A DNA stretch of 64,000 nt. Source: an uncultured virus (IMG/VR IMGVR_UViG_3300043313_000329). Lineage: Duplodnaviria; Heunggongvirae; Uroviricota; Caudoviricetes. Numbering within the stretch: the stretch's first letter is position 1; the number at the start of each line of letters is the position of its first letter. The translations under genes and the position numbers were made by a program. Under the pieces are notes generated by a model. The model did no database searches. It was not told the origin of the DNA and saw nothing but the letters and a program-made list of their open reading frames with translations. Below, piece by piece: positions 38,471 to 46,913 of the stretch. The stretch lies in IMG/VR virus record IMGVR_UViG_3300043313_000329. One strand, given 5' to 3'.

Positions 38471-38748
38471 GCCGCCGCGTTGAACAGGCTGAGGCAGAAA
38501 TCCATGCATTCTTTGATGCGGCGGTGGTTCGTATTGAGAAGTACCGAGAGTTTGCTGCGTTCGTGAAAGGTGCACCGGTCAGCAGCGGTGTCTGTTGCTG
38601 CGGCGTAGACATGGCTGATGAGCAAGATCACGAGGGCCACACGCCGGTAGACCAGTGGCATTACTCACTGTCACAATGGCTAAAGGAGTTAAAGCAGGTA
38701 GACCCATCAGGGGAGGGTTTCATTGAGGGCGAGCGGCCAGCCCGATAA
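38467..38748 (+). CDS. Hypothetical protein
   Basis: ATGA overlap; CCCG..H..H. Confidence 0.5.
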   Translation: MSRRVEQAEAEIHAFFDAAVVRIEKYREFAAFVKGAPVSSGVCCCGVDMADEQDHEGHTPVDQWHYSLSQWLKELKQVDPSGEGFIEGERPAR

Positions 38749-38867
38749 CGGAAAGTCACCTCCCTACCTCCCCACCGGGTTACGCATCCCCGGTACTACT
38801 AGAGGGGTCAAGGTGACACGGCTAGGAAAGTGCATACCCCATAAATACGAAGCATGTATGCAAGCCC

Positions 38868-38920
38868 GGTGACAGGGGGATTTCCCTCAAGGGTCCTTTG
38901 CCCCCTGTCACCACTTTTTT
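38868..38920 (+). terminator. Intrinsic terminator directly before the RBS of the thymidylate-synthase homologue
   Basis: GGTGACAGGGGG/CCCCCTGTCACC 12-bp stem then ACTTTTTT. Confidence 0.6.
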
Positions 38921-38932
38921 GAGGAGATTTAC

Positions 38933-39940
38933 TTGTTCACCATTCATGCCGCCAACGTCAACTACGCGTGGGCTGAAGCCGTCAACCTGATCAGACGGCA
39001 TGGCGTGCCTGAAGACAGCCGCGCAGGCACGGTTCTGGTGCTGCCGGGCCCGGTGACCACTATCTATGACAACCCGCGTCAGCGGGTGCTGTTTGACCCG
39101 GTGCGTAACGCCAACCCGGCATTCCACCTGCATGAGGCGCTATGGATGCTGGCCGGGCGCAATGACGCCACGTGGCTTGACCAGTTTGTCAGTGATTTCA
39201 GCCAGCGCTTTGCTGAGCCTGACGGCCACCAGCACGGGGCCTATGGCTACCGGTGGCGCAACCAATTTATTGACCCCAGCGGCAATGATGTAGACCAGCT
39301 TGACGTGGTGGTTGACATGCTGGCGCGTGACCCCGGCACGCGACAGGCGGTGATCCAGATGTGGGACGCCGAGCAAGACCTTGACCAACCGCACCTGAAG
39401 GACAAGCCCTGCAACACCCACATCTACCTGCGCCTGCGCTCAGGCATGGAGCTTGACATGGCGGTGTGCTGCCGCAGCAATGACATCGTGTGGGGCTGCT
39501 ACGGGGCCAATGCCGTGCACTTCAGCATCTTGCAGGAGTATCTGGCGGCGCGACTGGGCGTGCCCATGGGGCGGCTGACGCAGTTCAGCTTCAACTGGCA
39601 CATGTACGGCAGCACCGGACATCTGGCGGACCCTGTGGGGGCACAGGCGGGCATCATGAACGGTTACCCCGGCACCACGCAGCTGGTGGCTGACCCCACC
39701 AGCTTTGACCGTGAGGTGCGCGCCTACGTGGATGACCCCGAATTCAGTCAGGTGGATGACTTCAAGAACACGTTTCTGAGCCGCACGGCCTACCCCCTGT
39801 ACATGGCCAACATGGAGCGCCGAGCAGGCAACACCAACACGTCAGCCATGGCGTGGGCCAGAAGCATCCACGCGCCTGACTGGCGCATGGCCACCATGGC
39901 GTGGCTGGATAGGAAGGCTAAAGTAAGGGAAAACGCATGA
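38933..39940 (+). CDS. Thymidylate-synthase-family enzyme, probable dUMP hydroxymethylase
   Basis: GAYGYRWR, DQL, TRQAVIQMWD, DKPCN (catalytic Cys), RSNDIVWG..GANAVHFS (Asn at the dUMP-specificity position), NWHMY; RNANPAFHL.EALWMLAG as in hmU phages. Confidence 0.8.
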   Translation: MFTIHAANVNYAWAEAVNLIRRHGVPEDSRAGTVLVLPGPVTTIYDNPRQRVLFDPVRNANPAFHLHEALWMLAGRNDATWLDQFVSDFSQRFAEPDGHQHGAYGYRWRNQFIDPSGNDVDQLDVVVDMLARDPGTRQAVIQMWDAEQDLDQPHLKDKPCNTHIYLRLRSGMELDMAVCCRSNDIVWGCYGANAVHFSILQEYLAARLGVPMGRLTQFSFNWHMYGSTGHLADPVGAQAGIMNGYPGTTQLVADPTSFDREVRAYVDDPEFSQVDDFKNTFLSRTAYPLYMANMERRAGNTNTSAMAWARSIHAPDWRMATMAWLDRKAKVRENA

Positions 39941-40695
39941 GGGTAATGAGTAACGTCAAGACACGAGCAGGGCTGTATTGGGACCGCGACTGGCGGCTCG
40001 TCCCCGCCAAGCTGCTGGTGGGCGCTGAGGCGCAGGCATGGTTTGCCGCGCACGGTAGGACCGGATGGTTCACCAAGGCCAATGAAAAGCGCATGCTGGA
40101 ACTGGTGGGTGACCGCATGCCTGAGGTGCTGTCTGACATACGCAAGGAGTATGACGGCAATCAATCAGTGGGCGGCCTGCTGGCCCGGCGCGGGTCACAC
40201 TGCGTGACGCCAGATTGTTACCCCTATGGCTATGATGAACTGCGGCGCTTCCTTGATGAACAGATATTCAGCCCCACCGTCAATGCCGTGCACGGTACCG
40301 AAACGCTGACCTACATCAGGCTGATGCAGCTACAGCAGGAGCGCACGCGCATCCTGTTCAAAGACAAGCTGGGCGTCTACCTCAGATGGAACGTTGAGAG
40401 CCCCAACTACATCTACGTGGGCATGTCAAAAGACATGGATGCGCGCCAGAGCGGCCACACCAACCAGCCGTACTTTCTGTTCACGGCATTTGCCACGGCC
40501 ACGTTGAAGGATGCCGCCATCATTGAGAAGGCTGCGCACACCTACCTGCGTGAGGTGGGTGTTGACGTGCAGGAGTTTGGGCGCGGTGTCTTCAGGCTGC
40601 CGCCCGGCTGCAATGCACTGCGGCTGGTTGAGGCATTTCTGATGCACGGCTACAGCGGCTGGTTCAAGAGCATTGGCACAGGCACCGTGACATGA
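39937..40695 (+). CDS. Hypothetical protein with GIY-YIG-like C-terminal domain
   Basis: GVYL..YIYVGMS.D..RQ..H..IEK..H. Confidence 0.5.
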   Translation: MRVMSNVKTRAGLYWDRDWRLVPAKLLVGAEAQAWFAAHGRTGWFTKANEKRMLELVGDRMPEVLSDIRKEYDGNQSVGGLLARRGSHCVTPDCYPYGYDELRRFLDEQIFSPTVNAVHGTETLTYIRLMQLQQERTRILFKDKLGVYLRWNVESPNYIYVGMSKDMDARQSGHTNQPYFLFTAFATATLKDAAIIEKAAHTYLREVGVDVQEFGRGVFRLPPGCNALRLVEAFLMHGYSGWFKSIGTGTVT

Positions 40696-40833
40696 AATGG
40701 TGGCGACGCTGGCATGAGTGGCAGCTTGAGCGCTGGCGCATGCGCATGGCCATGGAAATCATGTACCAGAACGCTTATCTGTCACGTGAGGACGGTTACC
40801 GTTACCCACGCTGTGACGTAGATGGTAACAAAG

Positions 40834-41064
40834 ATGAGTGTGGAATATGACCAACAATACGACGTTGGTTATGACATAGGTTATACGATAGGTTTTGACG
40901 GGTACTCCGGCACAGGAAGACCGTATGTACCTAAAGGAGTAACAAGCAAAGCTGCGCTTGCAGGCTTTTTTACCGGCTATACAGACGGATTTAAGGATGG
41001 TTATCTGGCCGGTCTGCAACAGGCGCTGCGTGAGTACCATCAAACAGGAGAAATAACTAGATGA
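40834..41064 (+). CDS. GYxxG-repeat small protein
   Basis: YDVGYDIGYTIG, GYTDGFKDGYLAG. Confidence 0.45.
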   Translation: MSVEYDQQYDVGYDIGYTIGFDGYSGTGRPYVPKGVTSKAALAGFFTGYTDGFKDGYLAGLQQALREYHQTGEITR

Positions 41065-41381
41065 GCATCTTCCGCACGGTCAGAAAGATCGTTGACTGTT
41101 CTGTTTGCCACGGCAGCGGGCGCGTCTACAGCACGCCCAGCGCTGACGCTGAGCGTGAGTGTGAGGTGTGCGGCGGCACCGGGCGCGTTGAAGTGACCGT
41201 GCGCGCCAGCGCGGCCAGCGTGGCGCGGGCCACTGACGCCATAGCCCATACGCCACTGCCGCAGGCGGAGCGCAAGGCAGCCAAGGCGCGGCTGCGTGAG
41301 GTTGATGATGATGACGCCGCACCGCGCGGCAAAGCTAAGCAAGGGAAGGCAGGAAAGGGTTATGTTGACGAAGACGAGTGA
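41061..41381 (+). CDS. DnaJ-type zinc-finger small protein
   Basis: Two CxxCxGxG motifs; AGGAG RBS. Confidence 0.6.
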   Translation: MSIFRTVRKIVDCSVCHGSGRVYSTPSADAERECEVCGGTGRVEVTVRASAASVARATDAIAHTPLPQAERKAAKARLREVDDDDAAPRGKAKQGKAGKGYVDEDE

Positions 41382-41934
41382 GCGTACAGTGAGTGACGGT
41401 GTAACGGACAACGTGGCCTTTGCTGGCCGCGTCAAGCGCTACCATACGTGGCCGACCATCCAGAACCAGACCGTGGGCGAGCATTGCTGGCAGGTGGCGC
41501 TGGTCTACCAGCAGATTTGGGGTGAACTCAGCAGCCCGGTTGAGCGGTTCATCAGGCTGCACGACGCGGCTGAACTGGTGACGGGTGACATTCCATTCCC
41601 TACCAAGAGCAAGAACCCTGACCTGAAGACGGCCATTGAGGCGGTTGAGTTCAAGGCGCTTGAGGCCATGGACCTGTATGTGCCCGTGCTGCACCCTGAC
41701 GTGAAGCGACGCATCAAGATTTGCGACCTGTTTGAAATGATGCTGTTCGGCATGGTTGAGCGGCAGCTGGGCAACCTGTTGGCCGAGCCCATCATACTGC
41801 GCACCCGGCAGGCGGCCCTCAAGCTGGTCAATGAAATTGAGGCTGAAGGTGAGCGCAACCGAGTGTATGCTTGGGCTGAACAACAAGAGGACCGCCACGC
41901 AGCTGTGCTGGCGCAACTATACAAGGAGAACTAA
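41362..41934 (+). CDS. HD-domain 5'-deoxynucleotidase-like (YfbR-type)
   Basis: VKRYH..QTVGEHC, LHDAAELVTGDIP.PTK, KICDL.E. Confidence 0.8.
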   Translation: MLTKTSERTVSDGVTDNVAFAGRVKRYHTWPTIQNQTVGEHCWQVALVYQQIWGELSSPVERFIRLHDAAELVTGDIPFPTKSKNPDLKTAIEAVEFKALEAMDLYVPVLHPDVKRRIKICDLFEMMLFGMVERQLGNLLAEPIILRTRQAALKLVNEIEAEGERNRVYAWAEQQEDRHAAVLAQLYKEN

Positions 41935-42512
41935 TGTTGGATAAAGTAACCGAAATATTGAACCAGCGCCAATCTGTGCACGGCGAGTTTGCTGAGAACA
42001 GCCGGGCAACGTGGATGATCATGCGTGCCTTGCAGCATGAGCGCAACTGGTCCACCCTGAGCGATCAGCACCGGCATGCCCTGTACATGGTGGCGCACAA
42101 GATGGCGCGCATTGTCTGCGGTGATGCGGCCGAGCCTGATCATTGGGACGACATTGCCGGTTACGCCAAGCTGGTGGCTGACCGCCTGCGCAAGCCGGTG
42201 ACGCCCTACGATGGCTCTGATGTCTACAGCGCGCTGGCGGTGGCGTGGCACATAACCCGTGACGAGGCCAAGGCACGTGTGCAACAGATCATGCGTGACC
42301 AGAGCCAGCGGTCAGAGGCCGCCGCTACCATGGCTAGGGAGCTCAACAGCGGGCGGCAGGGCATTGGGCGCACTCAGACACTGCCCAAGGCCGTAAACGC
42401 CCCTGAGCCGCCCCAGCGGCCCGCTGTGGGCACGCCTGAAGACGGTGGCCAGCATGATGAGGCCAGCACTGAAGCCTTGGCTGAAGAACTGCGGCGTGAA
42501 CTTCTAGGTTGA
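41934..42512 (+). CDS. DUF6378-like protein (nucleotide-modification associated)
   Basis: IL.QR..HGEF..HKMARI..GD....DHWDDIAGYA.L. Confidence 0.65.
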   Translation: MLDKVTEILNQRQSVHGEFAENSRATWMIMRALQHERNWSTLSDQHRHALYMVAHKMARIVCGDAAEPDHWDDIAGYAKLVADRLRKPVTPYDGSDVYSALAVAWHITRDEAKARVQQIMRDQSQRSEAAATMARELNSGRQGIGRTQTLPKAVNAPEPPQRPAVGTPEDGGQHDEASTEALAEELRRELLG

Positions 42513-44503
42513 AATACAAGAAGCGACCTCATGTGGAAGGGCAGCTGGGCCTGTACGGTCCTACCAGTGACTGGCTGCCCCCCACTGAGCTACCCGACCT
42601 GCGTGGCAGGCCGGTGGTGGTGCTTGACTGTGAAACCTTTGACCGGGGCCTGATCAAGAAGATCGGTCCCGGCTGGGCCTTTGCTCAAGAAGGTTATGTC
42701 TGTGGCATCAGCTGGGCAGCTGAAGGCAGCAACGGCTATGCGCCCATCAACCACCCCAACACCATCAATTTCGCGCAAGAACAGGCAGTGGCATGGATCA
42801 CCGATCTGGCCAAAAGCGGCACCAGACTGGTGTTCCACAGTGCCGCCTATGACTACGGCTGGCTGACCCGCATGGGCGCGGACCTGACCGGCGCTGACAT
42901 CAACTGCACGCTGGCCGCCTGCGTAATGGTGGATGAAACTGAATACAACTACAGCCTTGACGATTGCTGCCACCGCATAGGGCTGCCGGGCAAGGATACC
43001 CGCATGTTGGTGGATGCCGTTGAGGCGGCGGGTTATGATCCTAAAAAGGCACGTGAGTTCATCAGCATGGTGCCCGCCGAATTTGCGGCACCCTACGCCA
43101 CGGTTGATGCCGTGCAGACACTGGCGCTGTGGCAGGCCACCCTGCCGCTGATGCGCGAGCAGGAGCTCATGCAGGCGTATGAGACTGAAATGGGTCTGGT
43201 GCCCATGGTGGTGGCCATGCGCAAGCGCGGCATCCGGCTTGACCTTGACTATGTTCAGCAGCTGATCGGTGAGTTCCACGGCCTGCGTGACGCGGCGCTG
43301 GCTGAGGTGGGTGAGCTATTGGAGCTCAAGCGCGCCGCCAGCATGACTGAGATCCGCAGCCCCAAGCAGATGGAGCAGTGGTTCACCCAGAGCCACATAT
43401 GGTTCCCCCGGACTCTCAAGGCCAAGCAGGGCAGCTTCACCAAGGACTGGATGGAAAAGGCCGACCACCCGCTGCCGCGCGCCTGCGCCACCGCTGAATT
43501 GTATGAGGAAGCCGCTACCAAGTTCTGCCAGAACTATCTGCTGGGCTACGCGGTGGATGGCCGCATCCACGCTGAGATCCACCAGTACCGTGACACGACC
43601 GGGGGAACCCGCAGTCACCGGTTCTCTTATAGCGAGCCGCCGCTGCAACAGATGCCCAGCCCGGATAAGGACGCCATGGGCGGTAAAATACGCCGGGCTT
43701 TTTTACCTGAGCCCGGTGAGCGCTGGGTGTCACTGGACTACAGCCAGCAAGAGCCCCGCGTCACCGTGCACTTTGCCAGCCGGGTGGGCGCGCAGGGCGC
43801 AGAGGCCGCCGTGGCGCGCTACAGGGACAACCCGCGCACTGACTACCACCAGATGGTGGCGGACATGACCGGCCTCCCCCGGTCGCGCGCCAAGATACTC
43901 AACCTTGCCATGACCTACGGCAAGGGCAAGCGCAGCCTTGCTGAGGAGTTGGGCGTCAGCATGAATGAGGCTGACCTGATCTTGCAGGACTATCATGACC
44001 GCTTGCCCTACATCAAGAGCCTTGAGGATAAGTGCAAGCGCGCCGCCGACATGCGCGGCTACATCAGGCTGATCGACGGGGCCCGCATGCACTACCCGCA
44101 ATGGGAAGGCGGCTACGTCAACCCCGCTGATCGCGCCGAAGCGGAAATGGCGGGCAAGAAGCTGGAGCCAACCACCATTGAGAAGGCCAAGGAGCGGCAG
44201 CTTGACCCTGACCACCCATGGTCACAGACCCGGCTGCGGCGGGCCGATACCCGCAAGGCGCTCAACAATCTGGTGCAGGGCAGCGCCGCACGGCAGACCA
44301 AGCGCGCCATGCTGGCGGTCTGGCAGGCAGGCGTCACGCCGCTGATACAGCTGCACGATGAACTGGGCATCAGCACCGCTGACAAGGCAGTGGCGCTGCA
44401 CGTACAGGAGCTTATGATTGAGACAACGCCGCTGCTGGTGCCCACCATTGTTGACTTTGAGGTGGGGCCCACATGGGGTGAAGCAAAGGAGCCATGGGCA
44501 TGA
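42509..44503 (+). CDS. polA: DNA polymerase family A with 3'-5' exonuclease
   Basis: LDCET, YA..DA exonuclease motifs; DYSQQEPR, RAKILNLAMTYG, QGSAA, LHDEL polymerase motifs. Confidence 0.93.
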   Translation: MKYKKRPHVEGQLGLYGPTSDWLPPTELPDLRGRPVVVLDCETFDRGLIKKIGPGWAFAQEGYVCGISWAAEGSNGYAPINHPNTINFAQEQAVAWITDLAKSGTRLVFHSAAYDYGWLTRMGADLTGADINCTLAACVMVDETEYNYSLDDCCHRIGLPGKDTRMLVDAVEAAGYDPKKAREFISMVPAEFAAPYATVDAVQTLALWQATLPLMREQELMQAYETEMGLVPMVVAMRKRGIRLDLDYVQQLIGEFHGLRDAALAEVGELLELKRAASMTEIRSPKQMEQWFTQSHIWFPRTLKAKQGSFTKDWMEKADHPLPRACATAELYEEAATKFCQNYLLGYAVDGRIHAEIHQYRDTTGGTRSHRFSYSEPPLQQMPSPDKDAMGGKIRRAFLPEPGERWVSLDYSQQEPRVTVHFASRVGAQGAEAAVARYRDNPRTDYHQMVADMTGLPRSRAKILNLAMTYGKGKRSLAEELGVSMNEADLILQDYHDRLPYIKSLEDKCKRAADMRGYIRLIDGARMHYPQWEGGYVNPADRAEAEMAGKKLEPTTIEKAKERQLDPDHPWSQTRLRRADTRKALNNLVQGSAARQTKRAMLAVWQAGVTPLIQLHDELGISTADKAVALHVQELMIETTPLLVPTIVDFEVGPTWGEAKEPWA

Positions 44504-45039
44504 GACCAGATGAACCTATTCAATTTCACCCTATGCAACACCTAGAGCCTATGACGCTTGACCAGTTCCATGAATGGAACATCACGTTTGCACAGGCCAA
44601 GTTCGCCACCAAGGGCAGCTATGACACCAACCCGGTGACCTACTTCAACATGTGGCGCGATGATACCGTGCATGTCATGGAGGCAGTGTTTGATGCCGGG
44701 CCGCGCAAGCACATGATCTTCACCTTGGTGCGTGAGATTTGCGCCATGGACTCCAGCCTGACCATGGTGTCATTCATTTCAGAGGTATGGATGGCCGCCA
44801 TTGAGAAGGGTCAGGAGCGGCTTGACGTGCCGGTGCGTGAAATGCCTAACCGTGAAGACGGGCTGATGGTGCATACCTGTGAGCGCGGCGGCGGCGGCAA
44901 GGTGACACGCTGGGTGGCCAAGCTGAAGTTCAACCCTGACAACAACCGCCTGCTGGCGCGTGATGACATTGACCTGAGCAAGGAAACGATGACAGGCGAT
45001 GCCCTGTGGTTCTTTGAGCCTGTCCGTGTCTATCCATAA
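44500..45039 (+). CDS. Hypothetical protein
   Basis: ATGA overlap with polA; SEVWMA..NREDGL motif. Confidence 0.55.
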   Translation: MRPDEPIQFHPMQHLEPMTLDQFHEWNITFAQAKFATKGSYDTNPVTYFNMWRDDTVHVMEAVFDAGPRKHMIFTLVREICAMDSSLTMVSFISEVWMAAIEKGQERLDVPVREMPNREDGLMVHTCERGGGGKVTRWVAKLKFNPDNNRLLARDDIDLSKETMTGDALWFFEPVRVYP

Positions 45040-45286
45040 GATCATATCACGTTGCCCGTGGTGTGGGGCCAAGAATGACCGCGCCAGCAATGCCGTGCCC
45101 GGTGAGGTGGTGACGCCCTCTGACGGTGACGTGAGCATGTGCTTCTATTGTGGGGAGTGGGCCGTCTACGATGCAGCGCTGCCCGCCGCGCTGGCGCAGC
45201 GCAAGCCCACAGAGGCGGAGTTCATTGAGATCGGTGAAGACCCTGACTGCCAGAAGCTGCGGGCGGCATGGGTGCAGATGAATTGA
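45026..45286 (+). CDS. Zn-finger hypothetical protein
   Basis: CPWCG..GDVSMCFYCG. Confidence 0.5.
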   Translation: MSIHKIISRCPWCGAKNDRASNAVPGEVVTPSDGDVSMCFYCGEWAVYDAALPAALAQRKPTEAEFIEIGEDPDCQKLRAAWVQMN

Positions 45287-45308
45287 AAAGGGGCCCGCGT
45301 GGGGCCCC
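45286..45308 (-). terminator. Intrinsic terminator
   Basis: GGGGCCC/GGGCCCC stem followed by a T-run on the minus strand. Confidence 0.6.
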
Positions 45309-45314
45309 ATTTGA

Positions 45315-45884
45315 TCACTTGATGCTGATGTGCCCCTTGGCGGTGTCCCACCTGAAGTCATCCCGGCGCAGCCCCGCGTCAAGTGCCTCACGTACGGTCA
45401 TGCCATCCACGTACAGCTTGTACCGCCTGAACGCCATGCTGCCCGGCTTCTTGGGGTTGGCCACCAGCAGGGTGATGACCTGATGATCGGCAAACTGCGC
45501 CTGCGGCCCACGCTTGGCGGCGCTGGTGGTGACCACCACCGGCTTGCCCACCTTGGCCTTGGGCGCGGGCTTGGCCGCCTTGGCTGCGGGCGCGGCCTTC
45601 TTGGCCTTGAACTGCACCACGTTGCCGCTGAGCGCGGCGTTCAGAGCGGTCATGTCAGCGTTGAGCCCGGCAAGGCCGTCTGGCTCAGCGGTATCAGCGC
45701 CGTTGCCCTTGACCAGCTTGGTGCCGTCAAGCACAAGATTGTGATCAGCCATCATCTTGGTGAGCCGGGCCACCCCAGAGGGCTTGTCTTTGAAGCCCTT
45801 GATTTCCTTGAGCGGCAAGGCGAGTTCAGCCACTGCGCGATTGTAGGCAACGTTCAGCTGTGCCAGAGAAAGTTCAGAAAGCAT
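45315..45884 (-). CDS. NPK-domain protein with Ala/Lys-rich linker
   Basis: C-terminal NPKKPGSMAFRRYKLYVDGMTV domain; start set at ATG 45884; own promoter TTGCAG-N17-TACAAC at 45935-45963. Confidence 0.7.
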   Translation of the reverse strand: MLSELSLAQLNVAYNRAVAELALPLKEIKGFKDKPSGVARLTKMMADHNLVLDGTKLVKGNGADTAEPDGLAGLNADMTALNAALSGNVVQFKAKKAAPAAKAAKPAPKAKVGKPVVVTTSAAKRGPQAQFADHQVITLLVANPKKPGSMAFRRYKLYVDGMTVREALDAGLRRDDFRWDTAKGHISIK

Positions 45885-46138
45885 TTGGTTAACCCCTAGA
45901 GAAATGGGCGCTGAGGCCCGTTGACGATCTACGAGTTGTAGCATTCCTCGCATATCGCTGCAAGGGACAAAATGGACCGGGGGTCCAGAAAGTTTTTGTA
46001 CGTTCTCGTACATTTTACCTATTTTCGTAGCAATTGACGGAGCGTAAGATAAACCCTGCGTTGAAGCGGCCCAGCAGCTTTGACCTGTGCACCATTCCAT
46101 AAATTAACAAGTAAAAACAATACGTTGAGGGTTATAGG

Positions 46139-46879
46139 GTGATTGACTGCATTGTGGTGCTTGACACTGAAACGACCGGGCTCAGCCCGGCTGAGGGCGC
46201 TGAAATCTGTGAAATCGCTTGGGTCAGCCTGACGCTTATGGATGGCAAGTGGGTGTTCGGCCCCGGCCATGGCTGCTTCATTGAGACGTTCAAGCCGTTT
46301 GACCCGGCAGCGCGCGCCGCGCATCACATAGACCCTGCGTGGTGTCAGCCGGGGGCACCCAACTGCGCCCCGCGCGGCATCATCATTGGTAGCATGAAGG
46401 CCATGGAGCGACCCGGCCAGATGCTCTACGCGGCGCACAATGCGCCCTATGACATGGCTTTCCTACCCGAGCTCAGCCTTGCCGTCATAGACACCTACCG
46501 CTGCGCCAAGCACCTGTGGCCTGACGCCCCCCAATACAAGAACCAGACACTGCGCTACTGGCTCAACGCCGAGCCACCCGCCCACCTGCTTGACAAGCTG
46601 GTGCCGCACCGCGCCCTGTACGACGCCGCCGTCACCGCCGCCATATTGCAACGCATGCTTGACCTGAAGACCCCGGCTGACCTTGTGCGCCTCAGCACCA
46701 CGCCATTCTTGCTTGAGAAGGTCACCTTTGGCAAACACAAGGACGAGCCGTGGGCCAAGGTGCCGGTTGGATATCTGGATTGGATGGCTCGCGCCAGTGA
46801 CATGTATCAGAACGATCAGGACATACGCTACACGGTGGATCACTACCGGCAGGCCAGCGTTCAGTCCTACACCATCTAG
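46139..46879 (+). CDS. Exonuclease X-like DEDDh 3'-5' exonuclease
   Basis: LDTETTG, AHNAPYD, HRALYD, C-terminal FGKHK..W..VP.GYL.W. Confidence 0.85.
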   Translation: MIDCIVVLDTETTGLSPAEGAEICEIAWVSLTLMDGKWVFGPGHGCFIETFKPFDPAARAAHHIDPAWCQPGAPNCAPRGIIIGSMKAMERPGQMLYAAHNAPYDMAFLPELSLAVIDTYRCAKHLWPDAPQYKNQTLRYWLNAEPPAHLLDKLVPHRALYDAAVTAAILQRMLDLKTPADLVRLSTTPFLLEKVTFGKHKDEPWAKVPVGYLDWMARASDMYQNDQDIRYTVDHYRQASVQSYTI

Positions 46880-46913
46880 GAGCCCCACCTAGTACAACCC
46901 CCAGCGAGGAGGA

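Noticed and set aside
38933..39940. Ordinary ThyA or dCMP hydroxymethylase
   Set aside because: Asn rather than Asp at the specificity position argues against dCMP. Sequence style and neighbours favour a dUMP hydroxymethylase over ThyA, though this is not proven.
41362..41934. DatZ of a 2-aminoadenine (Z) genome
   Set aside because: No PurZ/adenylosuccinate-synthetase homologue in the window.
45885..46100. N-terminal extension of ORF 45315-46100 (also 34426-34527, 20510-20569, 23523-23576)
   Set aside because: Extensions run through promoter or hairpin DNA; internal ATGs have better RBS.
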